Source of the DNA: Candidatus Eremiobacteria bacterium
GTDB taxonomy: Bacteria; Vulcanimicrobiota; Vulcanimicrobiia; Vulcanimicrobiales; Vulcanimicrobiaceae
Reading direction: 5' to 3'
NCBI GenBank assembly: GCA_963758295.1
Contig: CAVWUU010000004.1
Span: 1-64,000 of the forward strand
DNA: 64,000 nucleotides
The notes beneath the pieces are model-generated. The model had not been told where the DNA came from. It saw only the letters and a program-made list of their open reading frames with translations, and did no database searches. Below, piece after piece: positions 47,186-60,993 of the stretch. Within the stretch, counting starts at the first letter, position 1. The number at the start of each line of letters is the position of its first letter. Position numbers and translations under genes: made by a program.

Positions 47186-47744
47186 ATGGCAGACGTTTTT
47201 CAAAGACGTCGAAGTCGAAGATGAACAAGTGCGTCGAAGCGACGCGCTCCGAGTTCGCGTCGATTCGCACCGGCCGCGCGACGCCCGCGCTGCTCGACCG
47301 GCTGCACGTCGAAGCCTACGGCCAAGCCGTTCCGCTCAAGCAAGTCGCCGGCGTATCGACGCCCGACGCGCGCACGCTCGTCATTACCGCCTGGGACAAG
47401 GGCGTCGTCGGCGACATCCGAAAGGCGATCGAAAAGAGCGACCTCGGGCTGACGCCCAACATCGACGGCACGGCGATTCGCCTTGATCGTTCCGCCGCTC
47501 AACGAAGAGCGCCGCAAAGACCTCGTCAAAGTCGTCAAAAAGAAGGCCGAAGACGGCAAGATCGCCGTTCGCAACGTGCGCCACAAAGCGCACGACGATC
47601 TCAAGACGCCAGCTAAAGAGCGGCGAGATCACCGAAGACGACAACAAGCGCATGCAAGATCAGCTGCAAAAGCTGACCGACCGCTACGTCAAGGAAATCG
47701 ACGCGCTGGTCGCCGCCAAAGAAAAAGAGATCATGGAAGTCTAG
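47186..47744 (+). CDS. frr: ribosome recycling factor (indels)
   Basis: [43 protein letters not shown]. Confidence 0.95.
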
Positions 47745-47748
47745 CTGC

Positions 47749-47971
47749 ATGGCGATCGGACGACTCTGATGCTGATGCCGGAAGTCGACGCGCGGCGCGC
47801 CCTTGCGGGCCGCCGCGTGCGTTTTTCGGTGCTCGCGCCGTTCGGCCGCTGGCTCGGCTGCGGGACGCTGCGCGTGCTTCGCGCGTCGCGGATCCGCGCG
47901 ACGAAGAGACGCCGTGGAACTCGATCTGCGGCTACGAATCGTACGAGCGACTGGAACTGCCGACGCGATGA
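47749..47971 (+). CDS. small hypothetical protein (indels)
   Basis: Short ORF-like stretch between frr and uppS ending [14 protein letters not shown]. Confidence 0.3.
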
Positions 47972-48714
47972 CGATCGCTCGATGCGCAAGCCGCAGCTGC
48001 CGTCGAACTCGATCCGAGCGCGTTCCCGCGCCACGTCGCGATCATCATGGACGGCAACCGCCGCTGGGCCAAGCGCCGCGGCTGCCGGCGATCGAAGGCC
48101 ATCGCCGCGGCATCGTCGCGCTGCGGCGAAGTCACGCGCGCCGCCAGCGAGCTCGGCATCGAAGTCGTTGACCGTCTACGGATTTTCCACCGAAAACTGG
48201 AATCGCGACGCGCGCGAGATTTCGCTGCTGTTCGACCTGTGCGTGTATTTCGCGCGCAACGAACTCGCCGAACTGCAGCCGCAACAACGTTCGCGTTCGC
48301 GTCATCGGCGATTGGGAGTCGCTGCCGCCGCGTCCGCGCGCCGCGCTGGCGCGACCTGCAGGCGCAGACCGCGCGCAACACCGGCTTGCTGCTGAACCTC
48401 GCCGTGAACTATAGTTCGCGCGCCGAGCTGGAGCGCGCCGATCACGCGCCATCGCCGTCGACGTCGCCGCCGGCAGGCTCGACGCTCGCGGACGATCGAC
48501 GAAGCGCTGATCGGCGCTATCTCTACACCGCCGGACTTGCCCGACCTCGATCTGCTGATCCGCCCGGGCGGCGAGCACCGGCTTTCGAACTTTTTGCTGT
48601 ATCAGGCTGCCTACGCCGAACTCGTGATGACCGACGTCTTTTGGCCCGACTTTTCGGCGGAGATTTCGTCAGCGCGTTGCGCGAATATCGGCAGCGAAGC
48701 GCCGACGGCCGTGA
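47968..48714 (+). CDS. uppS: undecaprenyl/polyprenyl diphosphate synthase (indels)
   Basis: [55 protein letters not shown]. Confidence 0.93.
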
Positions 48715-49553
48715 CAGGCGGCTTCGGCGGCAGCGTGACGCTGCGCCGCGTCGTCGTCGGCCTGATCGTTGCGGCGTCATCGGCCTGGGCTGCGTAGCTG
48801 TCCCGTGGGCGTTCTACGTGCTTGCTCCTCGGAATCGGCTTGGCGCGCTTTACGAACTCAACGCGCTGTGCGAGATCAAAGGCCAGCCGCTCGAGTATCC
48901 GGTCGCGGTCGCTGGGCGTGTTCGCCTACGTCGTGCTGGCCGGCTTCGGCGTGCTGCACAAATGGGAAGGCGTGCTGCTGGCCGGCATCGTGATCGCGGC
49001 GTTCTGGATCGGCATGTACGGCGAGCAGAAGGGCTATTTCGCGCGCACCGCCTACACGCTGCTGGCCGTGCTGTACATCGGCAAGCTGCTGACGTACTTC
49101 GTGTTCGTCCGCGCAGATCGCGGGCAACGGACTGTGGTTGACGTTCTACGTCGATCGTGCTGATCGCGCTGACCGACATTTTCGGATGGTCATCGGCACG
49201 ATTGCCGGGCGGCATCCAGCTGACCAAAATTCGCCGAAAAAAACGGTCGAAGGTTCGGTCGGCGCGCTGGTCGTCGTGACGGCTGTCGCGACCGCCGCGA
49301 CGCTGCGTTCCGCAGCTGCATTTGCTGTGGTGGCAAGGCGCGGTGCTCGGGTCTGTTGACGTGCGTCGCCGCGCAAGCCGGCGACCTGGTCGAGTCGGCG
49401 CTCAAACGCGACGCCGGCGTGAAGGATGCCGGGGACGATGATTGTCGGTCACGGCGGCGTGCTGGACCGCTTCGACTCGTATCTTGTTCGGCGGCATGGC
49501 GTTTTTCGGCAACGCTGCACGTCGCTTGGGAGTGTCTGCAGGTGCCATCGTGA
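48711..49553 (+). CDS. cdsA: phosphatidate cytidylyltransferase (indels)
   Basis: [35 protein letters not shown]. Confidence 0.92.
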
Positions 49554-50751
49554 ACGCGCCGGCGCATCGCGATTCTCGGCTTCGACCGGCTCGATCGGCA
49601 CGCAAGCGCTCGACGTGATCGCCGCGCATCCCGATCGCTTCGAAGTCGTCGGGCTCGCCGCCGGACGCAACGTCGATCGTTGCTGCGCGAGCAAGTCGCA
49701 GCGCTTCGATCCGCGAGATCGCGACGACGGCGCGACGACGGTCCCGACGGGCTGCTGCGCGTCGCGGTCGAGAGCGAACCCGACATCGTGCTGGCCGCGA
49801 CCGACGGCGCGGTCGCGTTCGATGCCGTGTTTGCGGCGGTCGAACGCGGCATCGATATCGCCGTCGCGAACAAAGAACTGATCGTCGCTGCCGGCGAGCT
49901 GTTGATGGCTGCGCGCTGCGCCGCAGCGGATCGTGCATTGCTGCCGGTCGACAGCGAACACAGCGCGATCTTTCAGTGTCTGGTCGGCGAAGACGCGCGA
50001 GTCGTGTGCGCGCGATCGTGTTGACCGCGTCGGGCGGCCCGTTCTGGCGCTGTCCGCCGAGCGAAATCGCGAACGCGCGGCCGTCGACGCGGCGCTTGGC
50101 GCATCCGACGTGGCGCATGGGAACGAAAAACACGATCGATTCGGCGACGATGATGAACAAAGGGCTGGAAGTCATCGAAGCCAGCCGGCTGTTCGGCGTT
50201 GCCGGGCGAGCGGGTGCGTATCGTGGTGCACCCGCAGTCGATCGCCCACGGTTTCGTGGTCTTCACCGACGGCAGCGTGAAGGCGCAGCTGGCTGCGCCC
50301 GGACATGCGCGTGCCGATCGGCTATGCGCTCGCCTATCCCGACCGGCTCGCCTTCGCGCGACGCTGCGGCGGCCCTCAGGTGCCGGCAGGATGACGTCGG
50401 TACTGGCGGCGCTCGGGGGCCCAGCTCGGCGAGGCCGCCGCTGCGCTACGATTTCGAGACCGCCCGATCCGGAGCGTTTCCCGTGCGTGCGCTTGGCCTA
50501 CGAGGCGCTTGCCGCCGGGGGCACGGCGCCGGCGGTGCTTTCGGCCGCAAACGAAGTCGCGGTCAAGGCGTTTGTCGAAGGGAAGATCGCGTTCGGCAGC
50601 GATCGCCGATCGTCATCGAAGCGGCGATGGCCGAAACGGACCGCAGCGCGAACTCGACGCTCGAGGCGGTGCGAGCCGCCGACCGCGAGCGCTCGCAGCG
50701 CCGCCGAACGCGATCGTGCATACGCATCGAAAGGATCATCGTGTCTGCTAG
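49550..50751 (+). CDS. dxr: 1-deoxy-D-xylulose 5-phosphate reductoisomerase (indels)
   Basis: [64 protein letters not shown]. Confidence 0.94.
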
Positions 50752-51884
50752 CCGTCGTAACTCGCTCGGCATCGAGAAAGTCGTCACGTTTCTGGTCATG
50801 CTTGTCGGTGCTCGTCGTGCTGCACGAATTCGGCCACTTTATCGTCGCGCGCCGCAACGGCGTGCGCGTCAACGAGTTCGCGGTCGGCATGGGCCCAAGC
50901 TCTTCGGCTGGACCAGCCCGCGCAGCGGCACGCTGTATTCGGTGCGCGCGCTGCCGATCGGCGGCTACTGCGCGATGCAAGGTGAGGACGGCAAGACGTC
51001 CGAGGCCGAGCAGCAGCGCGAGTTCCGCGACGCGACCGCAACCGCGCAAAGACGATAATTTCCAGGCGCAAATCGCCTGGCAGCGGCTGGCGATCGTGCT
51101 GGCCGGCCCGGTCGCCAACTTCGTTCTGTGCTTTGCTGATCTTGCTGGTCGGCGCGCTGCGTTCGGCGTTGCCAGCGACAACGGCGCCGCAGCCGGTCGT
51201 CGGAATCTGGTCGCGGGCTCGCCGGCCGCGGCTCGCCGGCCTGCAGCCCGGCGATCGCATCGTCGCACTCGACGGCACGGACGCGACGTCACGAACGGCA
51301 GCGCGCTCGATCGACACGATTCATGCATCGCTCGGCAAGAAGCTCGACCTCGATGTACCAGCGCAACGGCGAGCGCACCGAGGTCGCACGTCGTGCCGCA
51401 ACCGTGTCCGCACGATGCCGCGAAGAAGGGCTGCATCGGCTTTCGCCGGTGCCCGTGTACGAGCGCGTCGGTCGTGCAAGGCGATCAGCACGAGCGCCGA
51501 CGCAGTTCGGCGACATCGCCGATCAAACGGTCGGCAGCATCGGCTGCTCGTGACGCATTCACGACAGTACGCGCCGCAAATTCCGGCGCCGATCGGCATG
51601 GGCCAGGTCGCCGCGACGGTCCAGGATTGGGGCTGGGGACCGTACTTCTGGCTGGCCGCGACGATTTCGTTTGCGCTCGGGCTTGTTCAATCTGCTGCCG
51701 ATTCCCGGCGCTCGACGGCGGCCGCGCCGCGTTCATCGTCGCCGAGATGGTGCGCGGAAAGCCGGTCGATCCGGAAAAAGAAGCGATGGTGCATATCGCC
51801 GGATTCGCCGCGCTGATGGCGTTGATGCTGTTCGTCGCGTTCCACGACATCGCCCGCATCGCTAGCGGAAACGGAGTCATGTAG
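50741..51884 (+). CDS. rseP: RseP-like M50 intramembrane zinc metalloprotease with PDZ domain (indels)
   Basis: HEFGH, LPIGGYC, LAGPVAN, AGLQPGD, FNLLPIPALDGG. Confidence 0.9.
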
Positions 51885-51888
51885 TCCG

Positions 51889-53034
51889 ATGTTGCGTTTG
51901 CGCCGCAAGAGCAAGCCGATCTTTCTGCAAAACAAGACCGGCAAAGCCGACGCGAAGAGCGTTTGGATCGGCGGCGATCATCCGATCGCCGTTCAGTCGA
52001 TGACGACGACCGATACCGCCGACGCCGACAAGACGCTCGAGCAGATTTACGGGCTCGCGATGGAAGGCTGCGAAGTCGTTCGCGTCACCGTGAAGGATCC
52101 GCCCGATGCCGCCGGACTGCCGGCGATCGTGCATCGCTCGCCGGTTCCGATCGTTGCCGACATTCATTTCGATCACAAGATGGCGCTCGCCGCGATCGAA
52201 GCCGGCGTCGCGAAACTGCGCCTGAATCCGGGCAACATTCGCGATCCGAAGAAGGTCGCCGAAGTCGTCACCGCCGCGAAAGCAGCGCGGCATTCCGATT
52301 CGCGTCGGCGTCAACATGGGTTCGCTCGCGCCGGATCTGGAGAAGACGCTCGGCCACACCGCCGAAGCGATGGTCGCAGTCGGCGCTGCGCCACGTCGAG
52401 ATGCTCGAAGAGCACGGCCACACCGACATCGCGATTTCGCTCAAAGCGCACGACGTCCTGACGACGGTCGCGGCGTACCGTTTGATGGATCGGCGGCTGC
52501 GCGAACGCGAGACGCCGTACGCGCTGCATCTCGGCATCACCGAAGCGGGCATGCTGCGCGACGGCACGATCAAGTCGTCGATCGGTCTGGGCATTTTGCT
52601 GTTCGAAGGCATCGGCGACACGATGCGCGTTTCGCTGGCCGCCGATCCGGTCGAAGAAGTTCCGGTTTGCTGGGGCATTCTGAAATCGCTCGGCTTGCGC
52701 GAAAAGGGCTTCGAAATTACGGCGTGCCCGTCGTGCGGCCGCGCCGAGATTTCGGTGCTCGAACTCGGCCGCGCCGTCGAAGCGATCGCAAAGTCGTATA
52801 GCGCGCCGGTGAAAGTCGCGGTCATGGGCTGCGTCGTCAACGGTCCCGGCGAATCGAAGATGGCCGACGTCGGCGTCGCCGGCGGCAAAGGCAAGGGCGC
52901 GATCTATCGCGCCGGCGAGCTGGTCGGCACGTATCCGGAGAGCGAACTGCTCGGCATGCTGCGCCTCGAAATCGAAAAAGTCATCGCCGAAAAGTATCCC
53001 GACTACGCTGCACGAGATCGGCCGTGCGTCGTGA
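51889..53034 (+). CDS. ispG: 4-hydroxy-3-methylbut-2-en-1-yl diphosphate synthase (indels)
   Basis: PIAVQSMT, VADIHFD, RLNPGNI, LHLGITEAG, GIGDTMRVSL, CPSCGR, MGCVVNGPGE. Confidence 0.95.
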
Positions 53035-53514
53035 CGTACCGCCGGCCGGCTTGGCAAACGCTGTACGCTGACCGCGGTCGTCGCGCTCGTGGCTTCGGCG
53101 CTGCTGGCGTTCTCGCGTCCGGTCGAGATGATGGTCGACGGCCAGCGCGTCGAAAGCGACGTTCCGCCGGTGACAACCGCGTCCGATAACGTCTTCGTTC
53201 CGCTGCGTTCGATCGCCGAGCGCTCGGCGCCGCACGCGATCAGATGCCAAGGCGGGCGCATCGACGTCATGCGCGGCAACGCAATCGCTGCGCCTGAGAG
53301 TCGGCGACACGCACGCCACGGTCAACGGCGAGCCGATGACGCTGAAGCACGCGCCGTTTCGCGTGCGCGGCCGCGTGATGGTCGGACTCGACGCCGTCGC
53401 GCGCGCGTTCGACGTGCACGTCAACTACGATCCGCGGCACCGCGCGCATCGACGTTCGTCACCCCGGCATCGGTGAAGCCCCCACGCCCGATAACAAACG
53501 CCACCGCCGAGTAA
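53031..53514 (+). CDS. copper amine oxidase N-terminal (stalk) domain protein (indels)
   Basis: VDGQRVESDVPP..VFVPLRSIAE..APFRVRGRVMV. Confidence 0.65.
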
Positions 53515-53536
53515 CGCTCGTCAGCGTGACGAGGAG

Positions 53537-55072
53537 TTAAGCTTCGCGCAAAGTCCCTCCGGTTCTTCGACCGGGACGACGTCGTCCGGGTTCGATTTGC
53601 GGAAGCCGTACGCAGAAGAAGAAGATCAGGCCGACGACGAGCGCGATCAGGAACCACGTCCACGTCGTGCGCGAAAGGCCGAAGACCGCGAGAAACAGCG
53701 AAAGCACGATGCCGAGGATCGGAAAGAGCGGTACGAACGGCACGCGGAAACTGCGCGGCAGATCCGGCTTGCGTTTGCGCAAGATACAGCACGCCGGCGC
53801 AGACGACCGTAAACGCGATCAGCGTGCCGATATTGACGAGATTCAGCAGATCGTTCAGCGGGACGATCAGCGCTAGAACGGCGACCGCGACGCCGGTGAT
53901 CATCGTCGTGCGCAGCGGCGTTTTGAAACGCGGATGGATCTCGGCGACGGCCGGCGGCAGCATCTCATCGCGCGCCATCACGTAAAAGATTCGCGACTGG
54001 CCCAGCAGCGAACTCAGCGCGACGCTGGTCGTTCCGGCGAGCACGCCGATCGTGATGACCCAGTTCAGCAACGGCATGTGCAGCGGCGCCAGCGCGTACA
54101 CGAGCGGATTCTTGATCGGCACGTGATTCCACGGCACCGCGCCGACCAGGACGATGGCGGTCGCGCAATAGATGATCGTGCCGATCGCGAGCGCACCGAT
54201 GACGCCGACCGGCACGTCGAACTGCGGATTCTTACATTCTTCGGCCGTCGTCGTCGCGGTGTCGAAGCCGATGTAACTGAAGAAGACGAACGCGCCGATC
54301 GCGATGATGCCGTACGGCTGCGCCGACGACGAGTAGTCCGCCATGCCGCCGAACGGGTCGCAGCGTTCCCCAGCCGATCGGATTGAAATTGTGCAAAGTG
54401 CTCCGGATGAAACAGCGCAACGCCGGCGACGACGAAGACGATGAGCGCCGAAATCTTCAGCACGACGAAGATATTGTTGGTCGTCGCCGATTCGCGAATG
54501 CCGATCGAAAGCAGGACGCTCAGAGCCGATGACGAAGAGCGCGCCGACGAGATCGCATTGCGAATGCAGCAGATCCCAACTTGCCGGGATGCCACCACGG
54601 ACCGTTGAATGATGAGGTTCGACTGTTGCGCCCACGCCGGCAACGCGAAGCCGATCGTCTTGAAAACGTCCTGCAGCGACGCCGAGAATTGCTGCGCGAC
54701 GGGCGCGGCGCTGATGCCGTATTCGAAGATCAGCGCGAAGCCGATGATCCACGCGAAGAGTTTGCCCATCGTCGCGTACGCGTACGTGTACGCACTGCCT
54801 GCAACCGGCACCATCGCGCCGAGCTCGGCATAACAGAGCGCGGCGAAAAACGACGTTAGGCCGGCGAGCAAGATACGAGATGATGACGGCCGGACCCGCA
54901 CCTTTGACGCCCGGTGCCGATCGTCGTGAAAATGCCGCCGCCGATCATCGTCCCGAGGCCGATCGCGACGAGGTCTTTGGCCGTGAGCGCGCGGCGCAGA
55001 ATTGCGGCGCGATGCAAGCTCGCGCAGCTTGTCGACGTTGGTCGTCGCAAACAGTTGGGAGACGAAAGACAT
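53537..55072 (-). CDS. APC-family amino acid permease (indels)
   Basis: IGLGTMIGGGIF, CYAELGAMVPVAGSAYTY, FFSYIGFD, QSRIFYVMARD, NIGTL, FRVPFVP. Confidence 0.92.
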
Positions 55073-55124
55073 TCCGCGACGGTTCGCAAGGAAGCGCGCA
55101 GCGTCCCCCCGGAACTCCGGTCAC

Positions 55125-55673
55125 ATGGACCCGTATAAACGCGTTGCCGCCCGCGAGATTTATCGCAATCCCTGGCTCGCGGTCGAAGTGCACGATATGG
55201 TCCATCCGACGGGCGTTCGTGGCGAACACCTTGTCGTCGCGACGCCGCGGGCCGTCGCCGTGCTCGTAGAAGACGGCGAACACTTCATTCTTGCCTCGCA
55301 GCCGCGCTTCGCGGCGGGACGACACGTGCTTGAAGTGGTGAAGGGCGGCGCAGAAGAAGGCGAATCGGCGCTCGAGGCGGCTCAACGCGAACTGATGGAA
55401 GAGTTGGGCTTGGCCGCTTCCGATTGGACGCCGCTTGGCGAAGTCTTCGAGATTCCGTCAATTGTCGCACCCGCCGTAACCATCTTCCTCGCTGCCGGCG
55501 TGTCGCAGTGCGAGACCAATCCTGAAGAAGTGGAGTCGATCTCGCCGGTGCGCGTGCCGATTGAAGAAGTGCTCGGCGGTCCCATGACGGGCGAAATCGA
55601 GGACGCGATCACGATGGCTGCGCTATTCCGTTACCTCATGCGTCCCGGAGCTATAGCCGGCGCTGGTAACTGA
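55125..55673 (+). CDS. NUDIX hydrolase (ADP-ribose pyrophosphatase-like)
   Basis: Nudix box GGAEEGESALEAAQRELMEELG. Confidence 0.9.
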   Translation: MDPYKRVAAREIYRNPWLAVEVHDMVHPTGVRGEHLVVATPRAVAVLVEDGEHFILASQPRFAAGRHVLEVVKGGAEEGESALEAAQRELMEELGLAASDWTPLGEVFEIPSIVAPAVTIFLAAGVSQCETNPEEVESISPVRVPIEEVLGGPMTGEIEDAITMAALFRYLMRPGAIAGAGN

Positions 55674-58354
55674 AGTAGATGCTGCGGGTACGGGAGCCCG
55701 AAGCGCTCGGTTGCATTTGCGCCGGTATACGGCGCATACGAAGCCGCGGTTGCGTAAGAGTTCAGCGGCAGCGGTACGCCCTCATAGCGCAATCCTCGAA
55801 TGTCCGCCCACTGATTGAAAAGGTTCGAAACCGTTACGGAAACCGTCGCGTCTTTGAGCGGATAACTCAAGCGCAGGTCGCTGTAGTCGTAAGCCGGCAA
55901 TGCTTTGGTATTATTGACGCTCACCGCATGCAACGTGTAGCGGACGTTCAATCCGCCGGAAAACGTTTGATCGATGGCGCCGGTAAAAGTGTGCAGCGGA
56001 AGCCGGGGCAATTGATCGCCGGGAACGAGCGTTTCATTCGCCTGCAACAATGACGCATTGGCGTTTAACAGGACGGTCGAGCTCAGCGCCCAGTCGTAGT
56101 CCACGAAAAGGCGGCGCGTCACACGCATCCGGCCGGAAAGGTCGGCGCCCGTCGCGCGTAGAGTTCCAACGTTGAAATTTCCCGAAACGCCCAGTAGCGC
56201 AGCCGAACTTCCCGCTCCGCACTTCGCGTCAATTTGGGCGCTCACGGACGCTAGATAGGCCGGATCGATAAACGCCGTGCCCGTTTGGGAAAGCGGCACG
56301 ATCGTGCTGTAGAGCTTGTTGAAGACGTTCACGTCGTACACCGAAAGCTGCGTTTCCGAATCGGCGAACCAGCGATGAGCGAAGCCGGCTTCCAAATCTA
56401 CGCCGCGTTCCGGCTGCAAGAGCGATGAAGGTGCCGAGCCGATCGAGTTGAGGCTGCTGCACGCAATGGGCGTTCCACCGCCCGCACCGCCGGGCGGCGC
56501 TTCGATGAACGGCTCTTCCAGCATGTCGGAACTCGGCTGCGTCGTCGTCGCGCCAAACGACGCCCGCACAACGTCGCGCGGCGACGCGCGATAGACGAAC
56601 GCAAGACGCGGATCGACATAAGACGAATTCGTCGCCGACGCGTGTTTCACCCAAAGATTGAGATAAGCAGTGAGCGGCGACCGTTCGGAGTGAAATGCAT
56701 CGCTAACGAAGTACGCCGTTTCGTAGTCGGTCGGCGATCCTTGCGTCACTTTGAACGCGCGGTTCACCGCCCGAATCAAGTAGGCATTGTCCAGATAGCT
56801 GGCGCCCAACGTGAGATCGTTGCCCGAAGAAACGAACGTCGTGGTTGCAATCGCACCGGTAGAAGTGACTTGCGAGCTCTTGGAGTTGCCGTTGTCACCG
56901 AGCGCGTCGTGGAACGGTAGGTTGAACCGGCGATCGGCGTTAGTGCCATAGCGGGAGCTGAAGAGTTGGAAGTCTTGCGCGCTGCGTAGACCTTCGTGGC
57001 GATAGGATAAATCCTCATCGTTAAGTTGCAGCGCCTGCCATGAGGGCCCGGCGCCCTGCCAGCCGGCGTTGAACTGCGCGTATTGCTGCGGCGTCTGGCA
57101 GCGCGTTCCGCCGTCGGGAGTACCGCCCGGCGCCGTGCCGTTGGGAGCACCGTTAGCATTCGTTGCCGTAAACATTCCGGCGCCGCACGGATCGCTCGGT
57201 TTTTTTGAGGCAAGCAGCTGTTGCGCGAACGCGAGTGCGGGGGCATAGTCCAGGTAATCGCCGTCGCCGTTTCCCGTCTTATCGTTCCAATAGGAAGCGA
57301 TCGTCGAGGCAAACGTTAAAGCGTTGGCATCGTTGAACCGGTAGCGCAGCTTCGCGAGACCCGCACGGGAAACGGCGCTCGAATCGTCGCGGTAGACGCC
57401 CAACGAACGCACGGCCGGATCGGTTGCCGATTGATCGTACGCCGCATTCGATTGATAAAGATAGTCGTTGCGTAAGGGACCGTCGAGACCGCTCACCCCA
57501 TACGCAAGCGCGTACCCCAAGCGTCCACTCGTCCCCGTCATCGTTGCATTCGTCGCAAGTTTGTCGAACGTCCCGTAGCCTTGTGTTACCGAAACTTCTT
57601 GGCCGGGAGTCGGATCGATCGTTTGGAAATTTACGACGCCTCCGATTGCGTTCACGCCGAGTAAATCGCTGCCGCCGGACCCGTAGAGCACTTGCGCGTT
57701 CCGAAACGGAAAGACGGGCGAGAGCTGGTAGTTGTATCCGCCTTTGATCCCGTAGCCGATCGGGTGTCCGTCGATCGCGGCCACCGTTTCCAATGTGCCG
57801 ATGCCGCGAACGCTGAGGTTGATGTCGTCGGAAAGGGCGGCGGTGTCGCCGGTAATGCCGTTGTTCACCGCGGGCAATTCCCGAAGCGCATCGCCTGCGC
57901 GCGTTACACCGCGGCGCAGGAGTTCTTCAGTGTTGAGCGTGCGGCTAAACGTGCTCGTTTTTGCAAGCGTATCGGTTGGATGCGCTGCCGTAACGGCGAT
58001 CACGTGCAGTTCTTGCGTTGCACGCTGAAGCGGCACCGTGGTGATCAGCCGTTCGCCGCCGCGCAGACGTAAGACGTCGGAAATTACGGGTTGATATCCC
58101 TCGTGCGTTACCGCGACGCGATGGTCGCCCGGTGCGAGGGCGGGAAATTCGAAGCGGCCCGCGTTGTCGGTCGTCCTCGCAACACCGCCGTCAAGACGTA
58201 CCGTGGCAGACTCAACCGGCACGCCGTCCGTTGCATCGACAACCGTTCCGGCGATAGTGGACGGTGCGCTTTGCGCGCGAGCGAAATTCGGAGATAGCAG
58301 GAGGGCCGCCGCCAACAATCCGGCGGCGACGTTTTGCGCAGGCCGAGCGAACAT
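55651..58354 (-). CDS. TonB-dependent receptor with N-terminal carboxypeptidase-regulatory-like domain
   Basis: Signal peptide, IAGTVVD.., plug LSVRG..IDGHP..AIGGVVNF, DPRLAF, LQPERG, VSNLFN; removing one C near 55688 gives a beta-strand end GLPYRSIYFSYQRRL*. Confidence 0.88.
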
Positions 58355-58950
58355 TACGCGGGCGGCGTCGTGCCGGCGTTCCATAAATATTCGGGTACGC
58401 CGAGTTCCGCGTTAATCCAGCGAGCCCATACGAAAAGCGCATCCGAGAGGCGGTTCAAGTAGCGAACCGTTTCCCCAGAAACGCCTTCGTCTTCGTCGCG
58501 CAACGTGACCAGCAGGCGTTCCGCGCGGCGGCAGATCGTGCGCGCGAGGTGAAGGAAGGCTCCGGCCTGCGAGCCGCCCGGATGAATGAAGTTGTCGAGC
58601 GGAGCCAGGTCGGCTTGAGCCTCGTCGATGGCGCGTTCGAGGGCTTTGGCGTCGTCTTGCGTTGTGAGCGGCATGCCCTCCCAGCGGTTCTGCGGAAGCG
58701 TCGCGAGGTCACTCCCAAGATTGAAGAGAGCATCTTGCGTCCACGCTAGCCAATCGTCGAGGCGTTTCACGCGTGGGCGATCGAGCTGCGGCCGCATTTC
58801 GGCGCGGGCGAGGCCGATCGCGCTTGAAAGCTCATCGACCGTGCCATACGTCTCGATACGGAGCGAGTTTTTCTTCACGCGCTGGCCGCCGACGAGACCG
58901 GTCGTACCGTTATCGCCCGTGCGCGTATAGATTCGGGTCAGCTTGGGCAT
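58354..58950 (-). CDS. pduO: ATP:cob(I)alamin adenosyltransferase (PduO type)
   Basis: IYTRTGDNGTTGL, YGTVDELSS, FIHPGG, ARTICRRAER, YLNRLSDALF. Confidence 0.95.
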   Translation of the reverse strand: MPKLTRIYTRTGDNGTTGLVGGQRVKKNSLRIETYGTVDELSSAIGLARAEMRPQLDRPRVKRLDDWLAWTQDALFNLGSDLATLPQNRWEGMPLTTQDDAKALERAIDEAQADLAPLDNFIHPGGSQAGAFLHLARTICRRAERLLVTLRDEDEGVSGETVRYLNRLSDALFVWARWINAELGVPEYLWNAGTTPPA

Positions 58951-58989
58951 GCCGCCGATTTCGAGCAGGCGCGGTGGGCGGCCCGCTAG

Positions 58990-60450
<1,461 letters not shown>

Positions 60451-60467
<17 letters not shown>

Positions 60468-60993
60468 AGGCGCGCTGACGCTTGCGCTCGCCGTTTTGCC
60501 GGCGATCGCGTTTGCGAAGGCTCCGACCGTAGCCGACCTCGACGCGGCAAACCGGTCGGCGGGAAATCGCAAGGAGCTAGCGCAGCGCGTGGGCGAAGCG
60601 GTCTTCAAGACCGAGTGGCCCGCGCAAATCTTTCGCGTTTCGGCGAATAGCATTGGTTCGCACGTCGTGATCGGCCTCGGCCTCTACGGCGTGAAGTTTC
60701 ATCGTCCGATGACGAAGGTCGACTTCAGCGCCGAGGTGGCCGACCTCGTGAAGCGTTCGTTTGCGGCGGTGCCCGAAGCGGAAGAAGTAGATGTATGGAC
60801 GGTCGTGCCGGTCAGCGTGGGCAAAGGCGTAGTCGTGTCAGGCGATCTCGCGCAGCCCACGACGCGCACCGTTTTTACCGTGGCCGTGCCCCGCAGCGAC
60901 GCGCCCGACGTGTCGGCAACCTCGCTGCTACGCCGTTCCGGCATTTACTGGGACGAGGAATGGGCGCGCACGGCTTTCGAAAAGGCAGGCTAG
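60451..60993 (+). CDS. secreted hypothetical protein
   Basis: Signal-like LTLALAVLPAIAFA; in operon between proS and the M16 peptidase. Confidence 0.6.
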
